NCBI GenBank assembly: GCA_937138605.1
Contig: CAKZPH010000296.1
Location: 1 to 48,837, forward strand
Source: an uncultured Ignavibacteriales bacterium
GTDB taxonomy: Bacteria > Bacteroidota > Ignavibacteria > Ch128b
Length of the DNA stretch: 48,837 nt
Direction: 5' to 3'
Positions 48,000-48,837 of this stretch are shown here, one piece after another. A program made the translations under genes and the position numbers. The notes below the pieces were generated by a model. It did no database searches. It was given only the letters and a program-made list of their open reading frames with translations, and had not been told where the DNA came from. The stretch's first letter is position 1. Each line of letters starts with the position of its first letter.

Positions 48000-48129
48000 T
48001 AAAATTAATATACACATAAAAAAAACATAAGCGTACCTCTTTTTGGTTGATAAAATAGCTGTAAGAGTAATAAATACATTGATTTATCCGAAATAAGTAA
48101 TTATCGCAATTGCTAAATAGGGTAAATCG

Positions 48130-48837
48130 ATGAAGAAGGTATGTAGACGGATGAGATGTCCAAATTGTGGGTCATTAAAGACAGTAAAAAACGGAAAGAG
48201 AAAAAGAATAGAAAATAGTTTTGAGCGTAAGAGTGTGCGTAAAGTACAGCCCTATAAGTGTAAAAACAAATAAAGCGACGAGAGAAAGATATAGTAAGGC
48301 GTTCAAGCTAAGATTAACAAAGATGAACGTAGAGGAGCGGATGAGTTACAGTTTGATACACAAGCGAATATGAGAGAATTACAGAATACGAAAAAGTAAG
48401 AACAAGATATGTGAAATAGTAAATGAGATAGCAAGATATAGTAAAGGAGATATAGCAATACAAGGAGAATACAAGCCAAAGTGGAGTGGATACATAAGTG
48501 TGGACGACAAGTATATAAGTTTTAATGGGAAGAAGTTATTGATGTTAATTGCGACAGATAAGACAGGCGATATTTTACACAGTGAATTACTTGAAGTTAA
48601 GGCGCAACACCGGTTTTACAAGTTTTTAAATTTATAAGAGATATATCAAGATATAGATTTAAAGTATGAGAGGACTCGTTGAAATTGCTTAAAGAGTTAA
48701 GTTTATACTACAGCAAGTATCCAACCCTCAGAGAGTTTTTTACTCGTCATATTGATAAATTATTAACACATCAAGAAAAGCCTGAGATTAGTAAGACCAA
48801 CAAAATCTCTGAGAATGTTAATCGACAATTGATGAGA
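48130..48837 (+). pseudogene. Decayed zinc-ribbon/DDE transposase (IS6- or IS1-like), interrupted by multiple stops and frameshifts. Continues beyond the right window edge.
   Basis: No ORF of 60 aa or more appears in the track here, but fragments in three frames line up in transposase order:
- 48130-48273: MKKVCRRMRCPNCGSLKTVKNGKRKR...VQPYKCKNK*, a CxxC zinc ribbon cut where the second CxxC is expected.
- Next: ATRERYSKAFKLRLTKMNVEERMSYSLIHKRI*, which is HTH-like.
- Next: KPKWSGYISVDDKYISFNGKKLLMLIATDKTGDILHSELLEVKAQHRFYKFLNL*, a first-Asp region pattern as in IS6-type enzymes.
- Last: ...ISKTNKISENVNRQLMR, a TNxxExxN..L.R-type C-terminal motif. Confidence 0.5.

Noticed and set aside
1-48837. 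CRISPR arrays, rRNA, tmRNA/RNase P/SRP RNAs, prophage or integrase genes, toxin-antitoxin pairs, restriction-modification or other defence cassettes
   Set aside because: I saw no direct-repeat arrays, no GC-rich structured RNA candidates in the few short intergenic gaps, and no gene with motifs of these classes. The only mobile-element trace is the decayed transposase at 48130-48837.

Overview
This is an AT-rich, gene-dense, largely collinear chromosomal segment with about 47 protein genes, two tandem tRNA-Arg genes and one decayed transposase at the right edge. Several lineage markers point to the FCB superphylum (Ignavibacteriota/Bacteroidota-like): a type-A T9SS C-terminal sorting domain, a GWxTD protein, a DUF5683 gene after parB, a GldE-like CNNM protein after ssb, and -33 TTTG / -7 TAnnTTTG promoter motifs. 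That assignment is inference. The content is overwhelmingly housekeeping:
- Replication and partition: polA (partial, missing from the ORF track), ssb, parAB.
- Transcription: rho.
- Pyrimidine and folate metabolism: pyrK-pyrD, folC, folP.
- Pentose-phosphate enzymes: split transketolase, rpe, an rpiB-like gene.
- Cell envelope: alr, nagA, a PASTA protein, an M23 peptidase, MlaD.
- c-di-AMP synthesis: cdaA.
- Peptide uptake: a POT transporter plus an M24 peptidase.
- Ribosome rescue: an RqcH-like protein.

I see no CRISPR array, rRNA, prophage, toxin-antitoxin pair or recognisable defence or secondary-metabolite cluster, and I cannot honestly nominate a clear novel multi-gene system. The best leads for a second look are:
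1. A textbook intrinsic terminator embedded in the 5' end of the folP ORF, ahead of an unrecognisable ~120-aa extension of dihydropteroate synthase.
2. An RpiB-family protein with the catalytic Cys position occupied by Asp and an extra ~60-aa N-terminal module.
3. An orphan 446-aa acidic protein inside the alr-manC operon.
4. A multiply disrupted, purine-rich zinc-ribbon/DDE transposase relic at the right edge.
5. Several gene-order observations: tadA beside its tRNA-Arg(ACG) substrate, a kinase-less PASTA gene before rpe, rho co-operonic with M23/GWxTD/pdxA/ftsE, and convergent genes whose coding ends overlap.

All coordinates for non-ORF features were counted by hand and may be off by 1 nt.
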